This document shows, in pieces, positions 16,522-25,239 of a DNA stretch of 64,000 nucleotides; positions within the stretch are counted from its first letter, which is position 1, and each line of letters opens with the position of its first letter. The stretch covers positions 12,775-76,774 of the forward strand of contig CAZPGE010000005.1 in NCBI GenBank assembly GCA_964586255.1, written 5' to 3'. Position numbers and translations under genes: made by a program. The stretch comes from an uncultured Candidatus Saccharibacteria bacterium. GTDB lineage: Bacteria; Patescibacteriota; Minisyncoccia; Phycocordibacterales; UBA2100. The notes below the pieces were generated by a model. The model had not been told where the DNA came from and made no database searches. It saw only the letters and a list, made by a program, of their open reading frames with translations.

Positions 16522-19347
16522 ATGGCCGTCAATTGGAAAGATATACAAGATAGGTCCGAAAAGTTCGTTGTCGACTATCGTGACGCTAGGGATGAAGACA
16601 GGGACGCGAAACCATTCTGGAAGGACCTCATGACGCTCTACGGCGTTGAAGCGCGCTCCGTTGGAGCGTTTGAAGAGCGCGTGCGTGTCCACGGCAGACC
16701 AGGTGTCGGAAAAATAGACTATTTCGCGCCGCGGCAATTCCTCATCGAGCACAAATCGCGAGGCGAAGATCTCGATAAAGCATACAAGCAAGCGCTCGAA
16801 TATTTCGACTCGCTCGCGAGTGAGCTCCGCCCGCGCTACATCGTTGTCTCCGACTTCGCGCGTATCCGCGTGCACGACCTGGAAAAAGAAGAATCAGACC
16901 GCATCTCCGAGTTTGCGTTGGAAGAACTACCCTCGCGCGTGCGCGAGCTCGCATTTTTTGCGGAAGAAGACGTGCGTATCTACAAGCCAGAAGAGCATAT
17001 AGATGTAAAAGCAGTCCGTGTGGTGGGCAAGCTGCACAAAGCTCTCAAGACCTCCAATTATCCACAAGAAGATCTGCCGCGACTCCTTACGCGACTCGTT
17101 TTCTGTTTCTTTGCCGACGACATCGGGATATTCGAGAAAAATGCGATGCGACACTATCTCGAAGAGAACACCCGCGAAGACGGCGCTGATGTGGGTGAGA
17201 AACTTCACAATATCTTCGAAGTGCTCGACACACCCGACGGCACGGCAGGTTCACGCGATGAGCGCCAAGCGGGGACGCTCGATACGCTTCGTGACCTCCC
17301 GTGGGTCAACGGCGGCATGTTCAAAGGCCCCGTACGGCTTCTCCAGGGAGATAGGGAGATACGCGACATGCTCATCGAATGCATGTCTTTTGATTGGTCG
17401 CAGGTGTCGCCCGCAATATTCGGCTCTATGTTCCAGAGCATAATGAATGAGAAAGAAAGGCATGACCTCGGTGCGCACTACACGAGCGAGACCAACATCA
17501 AGAAAGTCATCAACGGACTTTTCCTCGAAGAATTGCAGAAAGAGCTCGACGTGGCTGCGACCAACAAAGACCGACTCAATGCATTGTGGGATAAAATTGC
17601 GAGAATCACGCTGCTCGATCCTGCCTGCGGTTGCGGCAACTTCCTCGTGATTTCGTACCGCGAACTCCGCACCATAGAGAACGAAATCATCCGCCGTATT
17701 CACGGGAGGGAAGACAAGCGCAGCGCTGCACATGCGCAGAGTCATGCCCGCCTCGGCCTCGCCAATGCTGATCTCGATACCATGTCGAAGCTCTCGATAG
17801 AGAGAATGTATGGAATAGAAATAGACCAGTTTGCGGCGGAGGTAGCTAAGCTTTCGCTCTGGCTCGTGGATCACAAGATGAACATCGAACTCGGTCGCAT
17901 TTTCGACCAGACGTTTAGAAAGTTGCCGCTCAAAGAGCAGCCGCACATCGTTCAGGACAACGCGCTGCGAATAGACTGGGAGAGCGTAGTCCAAAAAGAC
18001 AAGCTCACCCACATCCTCGGCAACCCACCATTCCTCGGTAAACATATGCAAACGCTCGAACAGAAGTCGGAACTACTAGAGGTGTTCGGTGGGGTACAGA
18101 ACGCCTCTGACCTTGACTACGTTGCCGCCTGGTATCGCAAAGCGACCGAATACATCCAGGGCACGAAAATCAATTGCGCATTCGTTTCGACAAACTCGAT
18201 CACTCAAGGGGAACAGGTGAGCATTTTATGGCCGGATGTGTTGTCTCGAGGGGTTCGGATTCAGTTCGCGCACAGAACGTTTAAATGGACAAATGAGGCC
18301 ACTGGAAAAGCGGCCGTGTACTGTGTAATCATTGGCTTCGGACTAACAGATGCTAAGCAGCCAAAACTGTTCGAGTATGACGATATCAGGGGCGAGCCGC
18401 GGATGGTCTTGGTCACACACATTAATCCTTATCTCGTAGATGCATCAAATGTTGTCGTAGAGAAGCGCCAGAGACCTTTGTGCGAAGTGCCGATAATGCG
18501 ATACGGCAATAAACCAAGTGATTCAGGCGCTCTCATTCTCAGTACAATGGAAAAAGATCGCCTAATCGTCGCAGAGCCGGTCGCTAAAAAATGGCTTAGG
18601 CCATATGTTGGTGCCGAAGAATTTTTGAATGGAGGTACCCGTTGGTGCCTATGGCTTGTTGGGATAACGCCTGATGAGTTGCGCGCAATGCCCGAGGTGG
18701 TGCGTCGAGTACAAGTAGTGAAAGACTTTCGCGAACTGAGTACTGCGAAACCCACCCGCGAGGCTGCCAAGACACCGTGGCTCTTCTTCTATGTCTCACA
18801 GCCCACAACCGATTACATTCTCATTCCTGAAACATCGTCGGAAAATCGGGAATGGATTCCCTTTGGTTTTGTATCTAAAGACGTGATATCGAGCAACGCA
18901 ACGTACCACATCCCCGAGCCTAATCTCTATGTTTTTGGTGTATTGCAGTCAACCATGCATATGGCTTGGGTTCGCACTGTGGCCGGTCGGCTAAAATCGG
19001 ACTATCGATACACAGGTAGCCTCGTCTACAACACTTATCCGTGGCCGGAAAAAGTGGGCGATGCGCAGAAAAAAGCCGTCGAAGACGCAGCGCAGAATGT
19101 TCTTGATGTGCGTGCAAAGTACCCCACCTCGACTCTCGCCGACCTGTACGACCCTCTCACCATGCCGCAAGATCTCCTCGTCGCACACAAGGCTCTCGAT
19201 AAAGCCGTCGACGCCTGTTACGGAGTGAAAGGTTTCAAATCCGAACCCGAACGTCTCGAATTCCTCTTTGAGCTATACAAGAAGCTCACTGCATCCGAAT
19301 CAAAGGAAGCGCCCGCCAAGAAATTCCACAAGAAAACCCTCTCTTGA
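16522..19347 (+). CDS. Type IIL restriction-modification enzyme, MmeI family (single-chain endonuclease + N6-adenine methyltransferase + TRD)
   Basis: Collinear with MmeI along its length: N-terminal AKPFW...IDYF...LIEHKSRGEDLDKAY (PD-ExK residues D..E.K), motif I LLDPACGCGNFLVISYRELR, motif IV ILGNPPFLGK, then FVSTNSITQGEQVSILWP and the C-terminal SLVYNTYPW...LYDPLTMPQDLLVAHKALDKAVD block. Confidence 0.9.
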   Translation: MAVNWKDIQDRSEKFVVDYRDARDEDRDAKPFWKDLMTLYGVEARSVGAFEERVRVHGRPGVGKIDYFAPRQFLIEHKSRGEDLDKAYKQALEYFDSLASELRPRYIVVSDFARIRVHDLEKEESDRISEFALEELPSRVRELAFFAEEDVRIYKPEEHIDVKAVRVVGKLHKALKTSNYPQEDLPRLLTRLVFCFFADDIGIFEKNAMRHYLEENTREDGADVGEKLHNIFEVLDTPDGTAGSRDERQAGTLDTLRDLPWVNGGMFKGPVRLLQGDREIRDMLIECMSFDWSQVSPAIFGSMFQSIMNEKERHDLGAHYTSETNIKKVINGLFLEELQKELDVAATNKDRLNALWDKIARITLLDPACGCGNFLVISYRELRTIENEIIRRIHGREDKRSAAHAQSHARLGLANADLDTMSKLSIERMYGIEIDQFAAEVAKLSLWLVDHKMNIELGRIFDQTFRKLPLKEQPHIVQDNALRIDWESVVQKDKLTHILGNPPFLGKHMQTLEQKSELLEVFGGVQNASDLDYVAAWYRKATEYIQGTKINCAFVSTNSITQGEQVSILWPDVLSRGVRIQFAHRTFKWTNEATGKAAVYCVIIGFGLTDAKQPKLFEYDDIRGEPRMVLVTHINPYLVDASNVVVEKRQRPLCEVPIMRYGNKPSDSGALILSTMEKDRLIVAEPVAKKWLRPYVGAEEFLNGGTRWCLWLVGITPDELRAMPEVVRRVQVVKDFRELSTAKPTREAAKTPWLFFYVSQPTTDYILIPETSSENREWIPFGFVSKDVISSNATYHIPEPNLYVFGVLQSTMHMAWVRTVAGRLKSDYRYTGSLVYNTYPWPEKVGDAQKKAVEDAAQNVLDVRAKYPTSTLADLYDPLTMPQDLLVAHKALDKAVDACYGVKGFKSEPERLEFLFELYKKLTASESKEAPAKKFHKKTLS

Positions 19348-19400
19348 GACCCCTTCGTTATAAGAACGCATTCTATGCAATAATATCTGTACCTGGACTT

Positions 19401-19751
19401 ATGCTTTTAGTCAGAACTAAAATTGCGAAGAGTTCCATACATGGGAATGGACTTTTTGCGGACGAAGACATTGCAAAGGGAACAATTGTTTGGTCGTTCA
19501 ATCCGCTTATCGATAAGATCTTGACAGATGAACAGATTCAGAGTCTCCCCGCGCATATTCGCGAGCATATTGATACCTATAGTTTCATTGATGACGGAAT
19601 GCATATACTGTGCGGCGACTTCGGGATCTTTGTTAACCATTCGGATACTCCGAACCTTGGATCAGCTGGGGACGACAGTGTTGCAATTCGCGACATCAAA
19701 AGGGGCGAGGAAATCACTGATGATTATGATTCCTATGGTGAAGAGATTTAG
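19401..19751 (+). CDS. SET-domain protein (putative protein-lysine N-methyltransferase), 116 aa
   Basis: SSIHGNGLFA...IAKGTIV...FVNHSDTPN...AIRDIKRGEEITDDY fits the SET pattern G.G.FA / NHSC.PN / RDI..GEE.T.DY. It starts 54 nt after the RM stop; the track's TTG at 19344 overlaps that stop. Confidence 0.7.
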   Translation: MLLVRTKIAKSSIHGNGLFADEDIAKGTIVWSFNPLIDKILTDEQIQSLPAHIREHIDTYSFIDDGMHILCGDFGIFVNHSDTPNLGSAGDDSVAIRDIKRGEEITDDYDSYGEEI

Positions 19752-19754
19752 CTT

Positions 19755-20297
19755 ATGGTGAGAACGCTCTACAACCTCTTAATACCAATTCTTATTGCTG
19801 CTATGGGAATGTTCCTGGGCTCCTGGTTGCTACTTCAGTATTCGCAGGCGCAATTAGTGATGTATACGGACGGGTATTATCAAAATATGGATGAGGTGGC
19901 CATCGGCGAGTTCTATATAGTGAACGAGGGTAGAGAGGTTGATGAGAACGTGACCGTGGCAATAAACAAAGAAATTGAGAAGGACGAATTGACCATCAAT
20001 TATACTCGCTCGAATTGGAATGTTGAAACGAAAGACGGCCTGACCTATATCAATTTTGAGCAGATCAATCCCGCGGAAGGGATAGAAGTGCTATTTAAAC
20101 TTGCCGCGGGTGATGCAAGCTTTAAAGTCGAGGACTTTACCAGCAAGTCTGGAAACACCTATATCAGACCGTGGATTGAGCCTTGGTGGTATTTCACAAG
20201 ATTACAGCTGGCGCTCATTTTCTTTTTCCTTACGATTGCGTTCGGCTTCGGATTTGTCATAGGACTATGGAAGAATGACGTACTTAGAATTCGCTGA
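19755..20297 (+). CDS. Hypothetical membrane protein (N- and C-terminal TM helices, central soluble domain)
   Basis: Hydrophobic termini; 3-nt gap after the SET gene. Confidence 0.5.
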   Translation: MVRTLYNLLIPILIAAMGMFLGSWLLLQYSQAQLVMYTDGYYQNMDEVAIGEFYIVNEGREVDENVTVAINKEIEKDELTINYTRSNWNVETKDGLTYINFEQINPAEGIEVLFKLAAGDASFKVEDFTSKSGNTYIRPWIEPWWYFTRLQLALIFFFLTIAFGFGFVIGLWKNDVLRIR

Positions 20298-21490
20298 TGC
20301 AAACGGACTTTCTGATTCTGGGAGCCGATGGAATGCAGGGCTCGACCATCAGTCGCTTTCTCTGCAAGAGAGGATACAGGGTATCATGTGCAGATCTTGT
20401 CGATACCCGTTTGGCTACGCTAGATTTCAAATATGTCTTCCATAAATTGGATGTTGCTGACCCAGCGGCCCTGGCGCAACGAATCCGTTTTGATAACCCA
20501 AGGATCGTCATCAATTGCGTCGAGGGAGATTTAAATCTGGACGTATATCGAGTCTGTTTACGCGAAAGAGTGAATGTCATCGACCTAGGTTCCAGCATCC
20601 TTCTTACTAAGAAACAACTTGCCCTGAATCGGCAATTCAAAGAATCAGCGATAATTGGTATCACTGGTTGTGGATCGACTCCGGGTATTAATAACGTAAT
20701 GTTCCGGCATGCGTTAGAAGATTTTGATGAAATTACTGACCTTGATCTGGGCTTTGCTTGGGATTCGAATCTCAAGGAATTCGTTGCTCCTTTTTCTATG
20801 GGTAGCGTCCTATATGAATTGTCCGAACCTGCACACTTCATAGAAGGAAAGGAGCTAAAGAAGACATCTCCACTCAAATCTGGGCGGAGTAGATGGATCG
20901 ATCCCATCGGAAAACAAGAACTGTTTCTAGTCCATCATCCAGAAATCTATTCTTTTAACAGATTTTGCAAGAAAAAAGGAAAGCAACCGCAGAATGTTTA
21001 TTTTTATGCAGGTTTTCCGGAGCACAGTCTTGCTACTCTTAAATCCCTTGTCCAGTTGGGATTTTCTCATTCCGAAAAGCCTGTCACTCTCGACGAGGTT
21101 GCCATATACCCAACAGATTTCCTGACAATGATGTTAAAGAACATTGATCTGCCTGATTCTTATGTCGAGACAGAGGTATTGTGGGTAAGTATTAAGGGAC
21201 TGAGGGCGGGAAAGCCAAAAGTAGTAAAAATGGTATGCATCGTAGATTCGTTACCAGATTGGCGGATGGCAGGGTGTAATATCGATACTGCATTCCCGGC
21301 GGCATTAATTGCTGAAATGATTTACCGGGGTGAAATCAGTTCAAAGGGGAGTTTTTCTCCAGAGGAAGTTGTGCCTGAACAGCGATTCTTCAACGAGATC
21401 GCTAAATTTGGGATGCGAATATACAAAAACGGAGAGCTTATCAATGGGCTTGATCTGGTGGTCCGCAATGCGGCGGTGCGAAGCGGATAA
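20297..21490 (+). CDS. Saccharopine-dehydrogenase-like NAD(P)-binding protein (SDH / carboxynorspermidine-dehydrogenase superfamily)
   Basis: N-terminal Rossmann FLILGADGMQGSTISRFL; about 400 aa, the size and architecture of Sacchrp_dh proteins; ATGA overlap with the upstream gene. Confidence 0.6.
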   Translation: MQTDFLILGADGMQGSTISRFLCKRGYRVSCADLVDTRLATLDFKYVFHKLDVADPAALAQRIRFDNPRIVINCVEGDLNLDVYRVCLRERVNVIDLGSSILLTKKQLALNRQFKESAIIGITGCGSTPGINNVMFRHALEDFDEITDLDLGFAWDSNLKEFVAPFSMGSVLYELSEPAHFIEGKELKKTSPLKSGRSRWIDPIGKQELFLVHHPEIYSFNRFCKKKGKQPQNVYFYAGFPEHSLATLKSLVQLGFSHSEKPVTLDEVAIYPTDFLTMMLKNIDLPDSYVETEVLWVSIKGLRAGKPKVVKMVCIVDSLPDWRMAGCNIDTAFPAALIAEMIYRGEISSKGSFSPEEVVPEQRFFNEIAKFGMRIYKNGELINGLDLVVRNAAVRSG

Positions 21491-21511
21491 ATTTTTGAAT
21501 CCACATGATCT

Positions 21512-22342
21512 CTATAGGAACCTGTCGGATGACGTCCCTGACTTAATGAGCGAGCGATAGAGGAAGGGGAATCGAAGTCGGTCGAGCTCAAGAAAATATA
21601 CTTCCGCAGGTTTTTCGGGTGAGCCACCGACACCGAAAGCGACGTAGACAGGGATACCTGTTTGTTTCTGGTAGTCCTCGTAGCGCATTTGCTGTCCCAT
21701 ATTCCACCAAATACCCTGGCCACCGTTTGGCTGCCACGCCCATTTCCCGCGCCACTTACATTCAATGGCAAATACCTTACCGCTTTGCACGGAACGAAAT
21801 ACAAAATCAGGATGGCCGTCCGATTCCACTCGGCGCTTGATATGCTTCCCCGTGTCGCGCGTTCGGTCCTGTATGGTGAAATCTGATTCAGGAAATAGCG
21901 TCACGATATAATCCTCAAACCGAGTGCCTTTTTTGTATGAATCTGTCGCCCAGTATGTCGCATAAACAACGCCCGCGATGGTCAGAATATCCAATATCAC
22001 CCAAATCTCACGAGGGAGTGAAAAATAGGCAAAAGGATTAAACAGCGCAGCCGTGAGTGCGCTCGCGAGCGCGATTTTCTTGTTGCCAAGTTGTAGAAAG
22101 AGAATCGATAGAGCGCCAAAGATGCCGAAGGCGGCTAATCGGAGAGCGTAGAAGTTCTCGCTTATACCAGTAGCGGCAATGAAGAGAACGATCGCAACGC
22201 AGCCTGCGCCTATACGCACGCTATAGATTAGATTTTGCGTCGCAAACATGAAGAAATCATACCACCGGCAAATAGACCAAAATAGGAGAGAAAGGTCATT
22301 TGTGCTAGGATGGTCCGGAAGGTCGTTCCCCTTAGTAGCCAC
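21512..22342 (-). CDS. Membrane protein with C-terminal PD-(D/E)xK nuclease-like motif (NERD/restriction-endonuclease-like fold), GTG start
   Basis: Three or four N-terminal TM helices; C-terminal GHPDFVFRSVQSGKVFAIECKWRG (PD...E.K). Confidence 0.5.
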   Translation of the reverse strand: MATKGNDLPDHPSTNDLSLLFWSICRWYDFFMFATQNLIYSVRIGAGCVAIVLFIAATGISENFYALRLAAFGIFGALSILFLQLGNKKIALASALTAALFNPFAYFSLPREIWVILDILTIAGVVYATYWATDSYKKGTRFEDYIVTLFPESDFTIQDRTRDTGKHIKRRVESDGHPDFVFRSVQSGKVFAIECKWRGKWAWQPNGGQGIWWNMGQQMRYEDYQKQTGIPVYVAFGVGGSPEKPAEVYFLELDRLRFPFLYRSLIKSGTSSDRFL

Positions 22343-22356
22343 CTAGAACTCTTCCC

Positions 22357-22473
22357 ATGTCCGACGAAACGAACCCGGTAACCCCGGAAACTGCCCCTGA
22401 GACTCCAGTGACGCCAGAGGAAGTTGCGACTCCCGCAGCTCCTGAGGCTCCTGAAGCGACACCTGCAGCATAG
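22357..22473 (+). CDS. Small acidic Pro/Glu/Thr-rich protein (38 aa), hypothetical
   Basis: MSDETNPVTPETAPETPVTPEEVATPAAPEAPEATPAA, followed immediately by a terminator. Below the ORF-track cutoff. Confidence 0.3.
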   Translation: MSDETNPVTPETAPETPVTPEEVATPAAPEAPEATPAA

Positions 22474-22500
22474 ATTGCGCCGGCCTTGTGCCGGCGTTTT
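22474..22500 (+). terminator. Rho-independent terminator
   Basis: GCGCCGGC cttgt GCCGGCG tttt. Confidence 0.55.
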
Positions 22501-22513
22501 CAATACCAAACCT

Positions 22514-22663
22514 ATGGCAAAAACATTTTTCAAAGACGGCAAATGGACCGACTCCACCAAGGAAGTGGTGGTCGTCGTGTGCACGTGCGGCAATAAATAT
22601 ATTAAGACGAGGGAAGGGCAGAGCGAATGCCTCTCGTGCGTGGGGGTGAGACTGCGCGGCTAA
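22514..22663 (+). CDS. Small zinc-ribbon-like protein (49 aa), hypothetical
   Basis: MAKTFFKDGKWTDSTKEVVVVVCTCGNKYIKTREGQSECLSCVGVRLRG with a C.C...C..C pattern; its TAA stop overlaps the next gene's ATG (TAATG). Confidence 0.4.
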   Translation: MAKTFFKDGKWTDSTKEVVVVVCTCGNKYIKTREGQSECLSCVGVRLRG

Positions 22664-22944
22664 TGGCTTCGGAAAAAACAAAGCGAAAGAAGTTTGATTA
22701 CGCGCGACTCAAATCGATTGCGACAAGCTCAAACCGTGAAGAGAGAAAGACGATTTTCGTCGAGTACTTCGAGGACTTCCACGAGTTTCCCTCGTACCTC
22801 TTCGACAACGAGCGAGAGATAGACCTCGCGCTCTTTGAGACCATGCAAGACCTCCTCAAAGACCCGACGACGGGCAAGGACATGCGCAAAGGAGTGGAGG
22901 AGCTTCTCAATCGACTTCCGTCGAGGCAAGACGCCCGCATGTAA
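22663..22944 (+). CDS. Hypothetical protein (93 aa)
   Basis: Translationally coupled to the upstream small ORF; no domain recognised. Confidence 0.45.
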   Translation: MASEKTKRKKFDYARLKSIATSSNREERKTIFVEYFEDFHEFPSYLFDNEREIDLALFETMQDLLKDPTTGKDMRKGVEELLNRLPSRQDARM

Positions 22945-22953
22945 CGAGGTAGA

Positions 22954-23472
22954 ATGACCGGCATGCAAACCGGTGGATTTGTGCGCACAGATATCTGGCG
23001 CGAAGGGAAGTGGCTCGACCTCTGGAGTGTCGTGCACCTTCTTTCTGGCACCTGTCTGGCACTTGTCATATACCTGCTGAGATTCGAAGCCTCGGCGGCG
23101 CTCATCATCGCGACACTTCTTCTCGTCGCGTACGAACTATGGGAGGCGATGGTGAAGATAGAGGAGGCGCGTACCAATCGTGTGATGGACGTGGTCGTGG
23201 GCTTGGTAAGCTTTGTGCCGACCTACTTTGTGCTCGCCCCCATACTCTCTGCCGAACAAATCTATGCAGTGTTTGCGCTCGTCCTGACAGTCAATATCGT
23301 CATGAGCACCTTTGGATGGATGGCGTCGCGCAAGGCGGCTGTCTTCGAAGAGAATATGCGCCTCGAGTACCGAAAGGAGCGCGAGCGGGTACAGCGTGGC
23401 ATCAAGCGCCTCAAGGAGCGTCGTGCGAAGAGGCGCGCCCGCTCACTTACCCCAGACGGGGTCGGCCGCTGA
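22954..23472 (+). CDS. Hypothetical membrane protein (4 TM helices, basic C-terminal tail)
   Basis: Hydrophobic profile; alternative start at 22963. Confidence 0.5.
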   Translation: MTGMQTGGFVRTDIWREGKWLDLWSVVHLLSGTCLALVIYLLRFEASAALIIATLLLVAYELWEAMVKIEEARTNRVMDVVVGLVSFVPTYFVLAPILSAEQIYAVFALVLTVNIVMSTFGWMASRKAAVFEENMRLEYRKERERVQRGIKRLKERRAKRRARSLTPDGVGR

Positions 23473-23487
23473 GGTATACTTTCCTCT

Positions 23488-24021
23488 ATGAACACGAAAA
23501 TAGTAGTAGGGCTCTTAGCAGCTGTCGCCCTCGTAGGCGGCGGATATTATTACATGCAAAATTCGGAGGGAGCATCAAGCGGGGACTCTATGGAGGCCGA
23601 CTCTGCGAAGATGGAGGGGGGCGCATTTGCAGGCTCGTTCAGCGATCTCTCGAAACGCGGCGGGAATTGGAAGTGCACCATAGACGCAGAGGCGAGTACG
23701 GGCGCAGGAAGTGTCGTGTCGAGCGGGACTGTGTATGTCGGGGGCAATAAGGTCCGCGCCGACTATACGAGCAATGTGCCGAGCGTCGGCTCCGTCGAGA
23801 CGCACATGATTGCCGACGGCACCGATGTGTATTCGTGGAGCTCTATGATGCCAAGCGGATTTAAAATGAAGCAGACAGAGGGTGGGATGGGGGCAGGATC
23901 AGGAGCGACCTCCGGTGAGGGAGCGGATGCCAATCAGAGTTACTCATACGATTGCGACCCGTGGACGGGAGACCAGTCAGTCTTTACACCGCCTTCGGAT
24001 ATCTCGTTTACGACAATCTAG
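23488..24021 (+). CDS. Hypothetical secreted/membrane-anchored protein
   Basis: N-terminal TM or signal anchor, then a Gly/Ser-rich region; AGGTATACT lies 7 nt upstream of the ATG. Confidence 0.55.
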   Translation: MNTKIVVGLLAAVALVGGGYYYMQNSEGASSGDSMEADSAKMEGGAFAGSFSDLSKRGGNWKCTIDAEASTGAGSVVSSGTVYVGGNKVRADYTSNVPSVGSVETHMIADGTDVYSWSSMMPSGFKMKQTEGGMGAGSGATSGEGADANQSYSYDCDPWTGDQSVFTPPSDISFTTI

Positions 24022-24083
24022 CGCCAGAGACAGGACGCGCAAAAGGATGACGCCGGCCGCATGGAGCGACCGGCGTCTTGTTG

Positions 24084-24680
24084 TCAGGGGACATGTCGCA
24101 GTCCAAACGTGGTACGGCGTGTCCGCACGTCGTCGACGAAGTGCATCGGCTGGATGTCCTCGCCGCGAAAACCTGCCGCCCGCATCAGCACGAGATCGCC
24201 TGCCGACATTTGAAGAATCCGTGCGTTGACGGGCTTCTTTGCTTTCGTCCTGCCATCGCAGAGCCCAAAGCGTCCGCCGCCTTCGAGGACATAGAGGGCG
24301 ATAATTTGCCTGTAGCACAGCCCATCTCGGTGCGGTGTGATGCCGCGAGAATCTGCGTCGTACCGTTGGAGCCGCATCTCGTTGTACCGCAGCCATGACC
24401 AGCCGGTAGTGAGGCTGCCCCAGCTGTTGACCCACTCGGCCGTCTTCTCGGCGAGTAGGTGGAAGAGGCTCTCGCGATGGAATGCCTCCACGACGGTGTA
24501 GTCCTGCTCGACCTGGCTCGTGCCGACGACGCTCTCGGCCCTTTTCCACCTTTCAAGCTCGGCCAAAGCGAGAAGCTCATTCACCGTACTCGAAGAGAGG
24601 GCGCCGGGTAGTACCACCGCACCCTCCGCAGCGATACGCGACGCTAGGTCTGTCGTGTCGATTGGCTCTATGAAGCGCAT
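24084..24680 (-). CDS. 2OG-Fe(II)-oxygenase-superfamily protein (putative)
   Basis: HRD (H.D) ...QPMHFVDDV (second His) ...R..FGLR is the His-x-Asp...His / Arg arrangement of 2OG dioxygenases. Confidence 0.45.
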   Translation of the reverse strand: MRFIEPIDTTDLASRIAAEGAVVLPGALSSSTVNELLALAELERWKRAESVVGTSQVEQDYTVVEAFHRESLFHLLAEKTAEWVNSWGSLTTGWSWLRYNEMRLQRYDADSRGITPHRDGLCYRQIIALYVLEGGGRFGLCDGRTKAKKPVNARILQMSAGDLVLMRAAGFRGEDIQPMHFVDDVRTRRTTFGLRHVP

Positions 24681-24762
24681 GTCATTCCTCCCATTGCTGG
24701 CGGTACTCTAGCCTCGGGGGCTCGCTCCGTCAATCGATATGCGTCTGGTATACTCGCCGCAT

Positions 24763-25239
24763 ATGAACGCAACAATGCATACAAATAAGGGAGATATAGA
24801 AATAGAATTGATGGAGCATGATGCGCCGAATACGGTCGCCAATTTCGTGAAGCTCGCGAAGAGCGGCTTTTACGACGGGACCAAATTCCATCGCGTCATC
24901 CGCGACTTCATGATTCAGGGCGGCGACCCGCAGACCAAGGATGATTCACTTCAATCTCGCTGGGGCATGGGCGGGCCGGGCTACCAGTTTGAAGATGAGA
25001 TACACCTCAACAACATGAACATCATCGGTACGATATCGATGGCGAATGCAGGACCGGACACCAACGGAAGCCAATTTTTCATCAACACCGCTGACAACAG
25101 CTTCCTCGACGACAAGCACACGGTCTTCGGCAAAGTGGTGAAGGGGATAGAAGTCGTGCACGATATCGAACATACCGAGACAGGTCCGCAGGACCGTCCT
25201 CTGAGCCCTGTCATCATCCAAAGCGTGAGCGTCGCATAA
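24763..25239 (+). CDS. ppiB: Peptidyl-prolyl cis-trans isomerase, cyclophilin type
   Basis: FHRVIRDFMIQGGDP...SMANAGPDTNGSQFFI...HTVFGKV; TGGTATACT 8 nt upstream of ATG 24763. Confidence 0.9.
   Translation: MNATMHTNKGDIEIELMEHDAPNTVANFVKLAKSGFYDGTKFHRVIRDFMIQGGDPQTKDDSLQSRWGMGGPGYQFEDEIHLNNMNIIGTISMANAGPDTNGSQFFINTADNSFLDDKHTVFGKVVKGIEVVHDIEHTETGPQDRPLSPVIIQSVSVA

Noticed and set aside
16046-16532. Minus-strand ORFs (148 and 96 aa) across the G-rich region
   Set aside because: Their translations are dominated by homopolymer-derived Pro/Gly runs. The region is better explained as non-coding leader with poly-G tracts.
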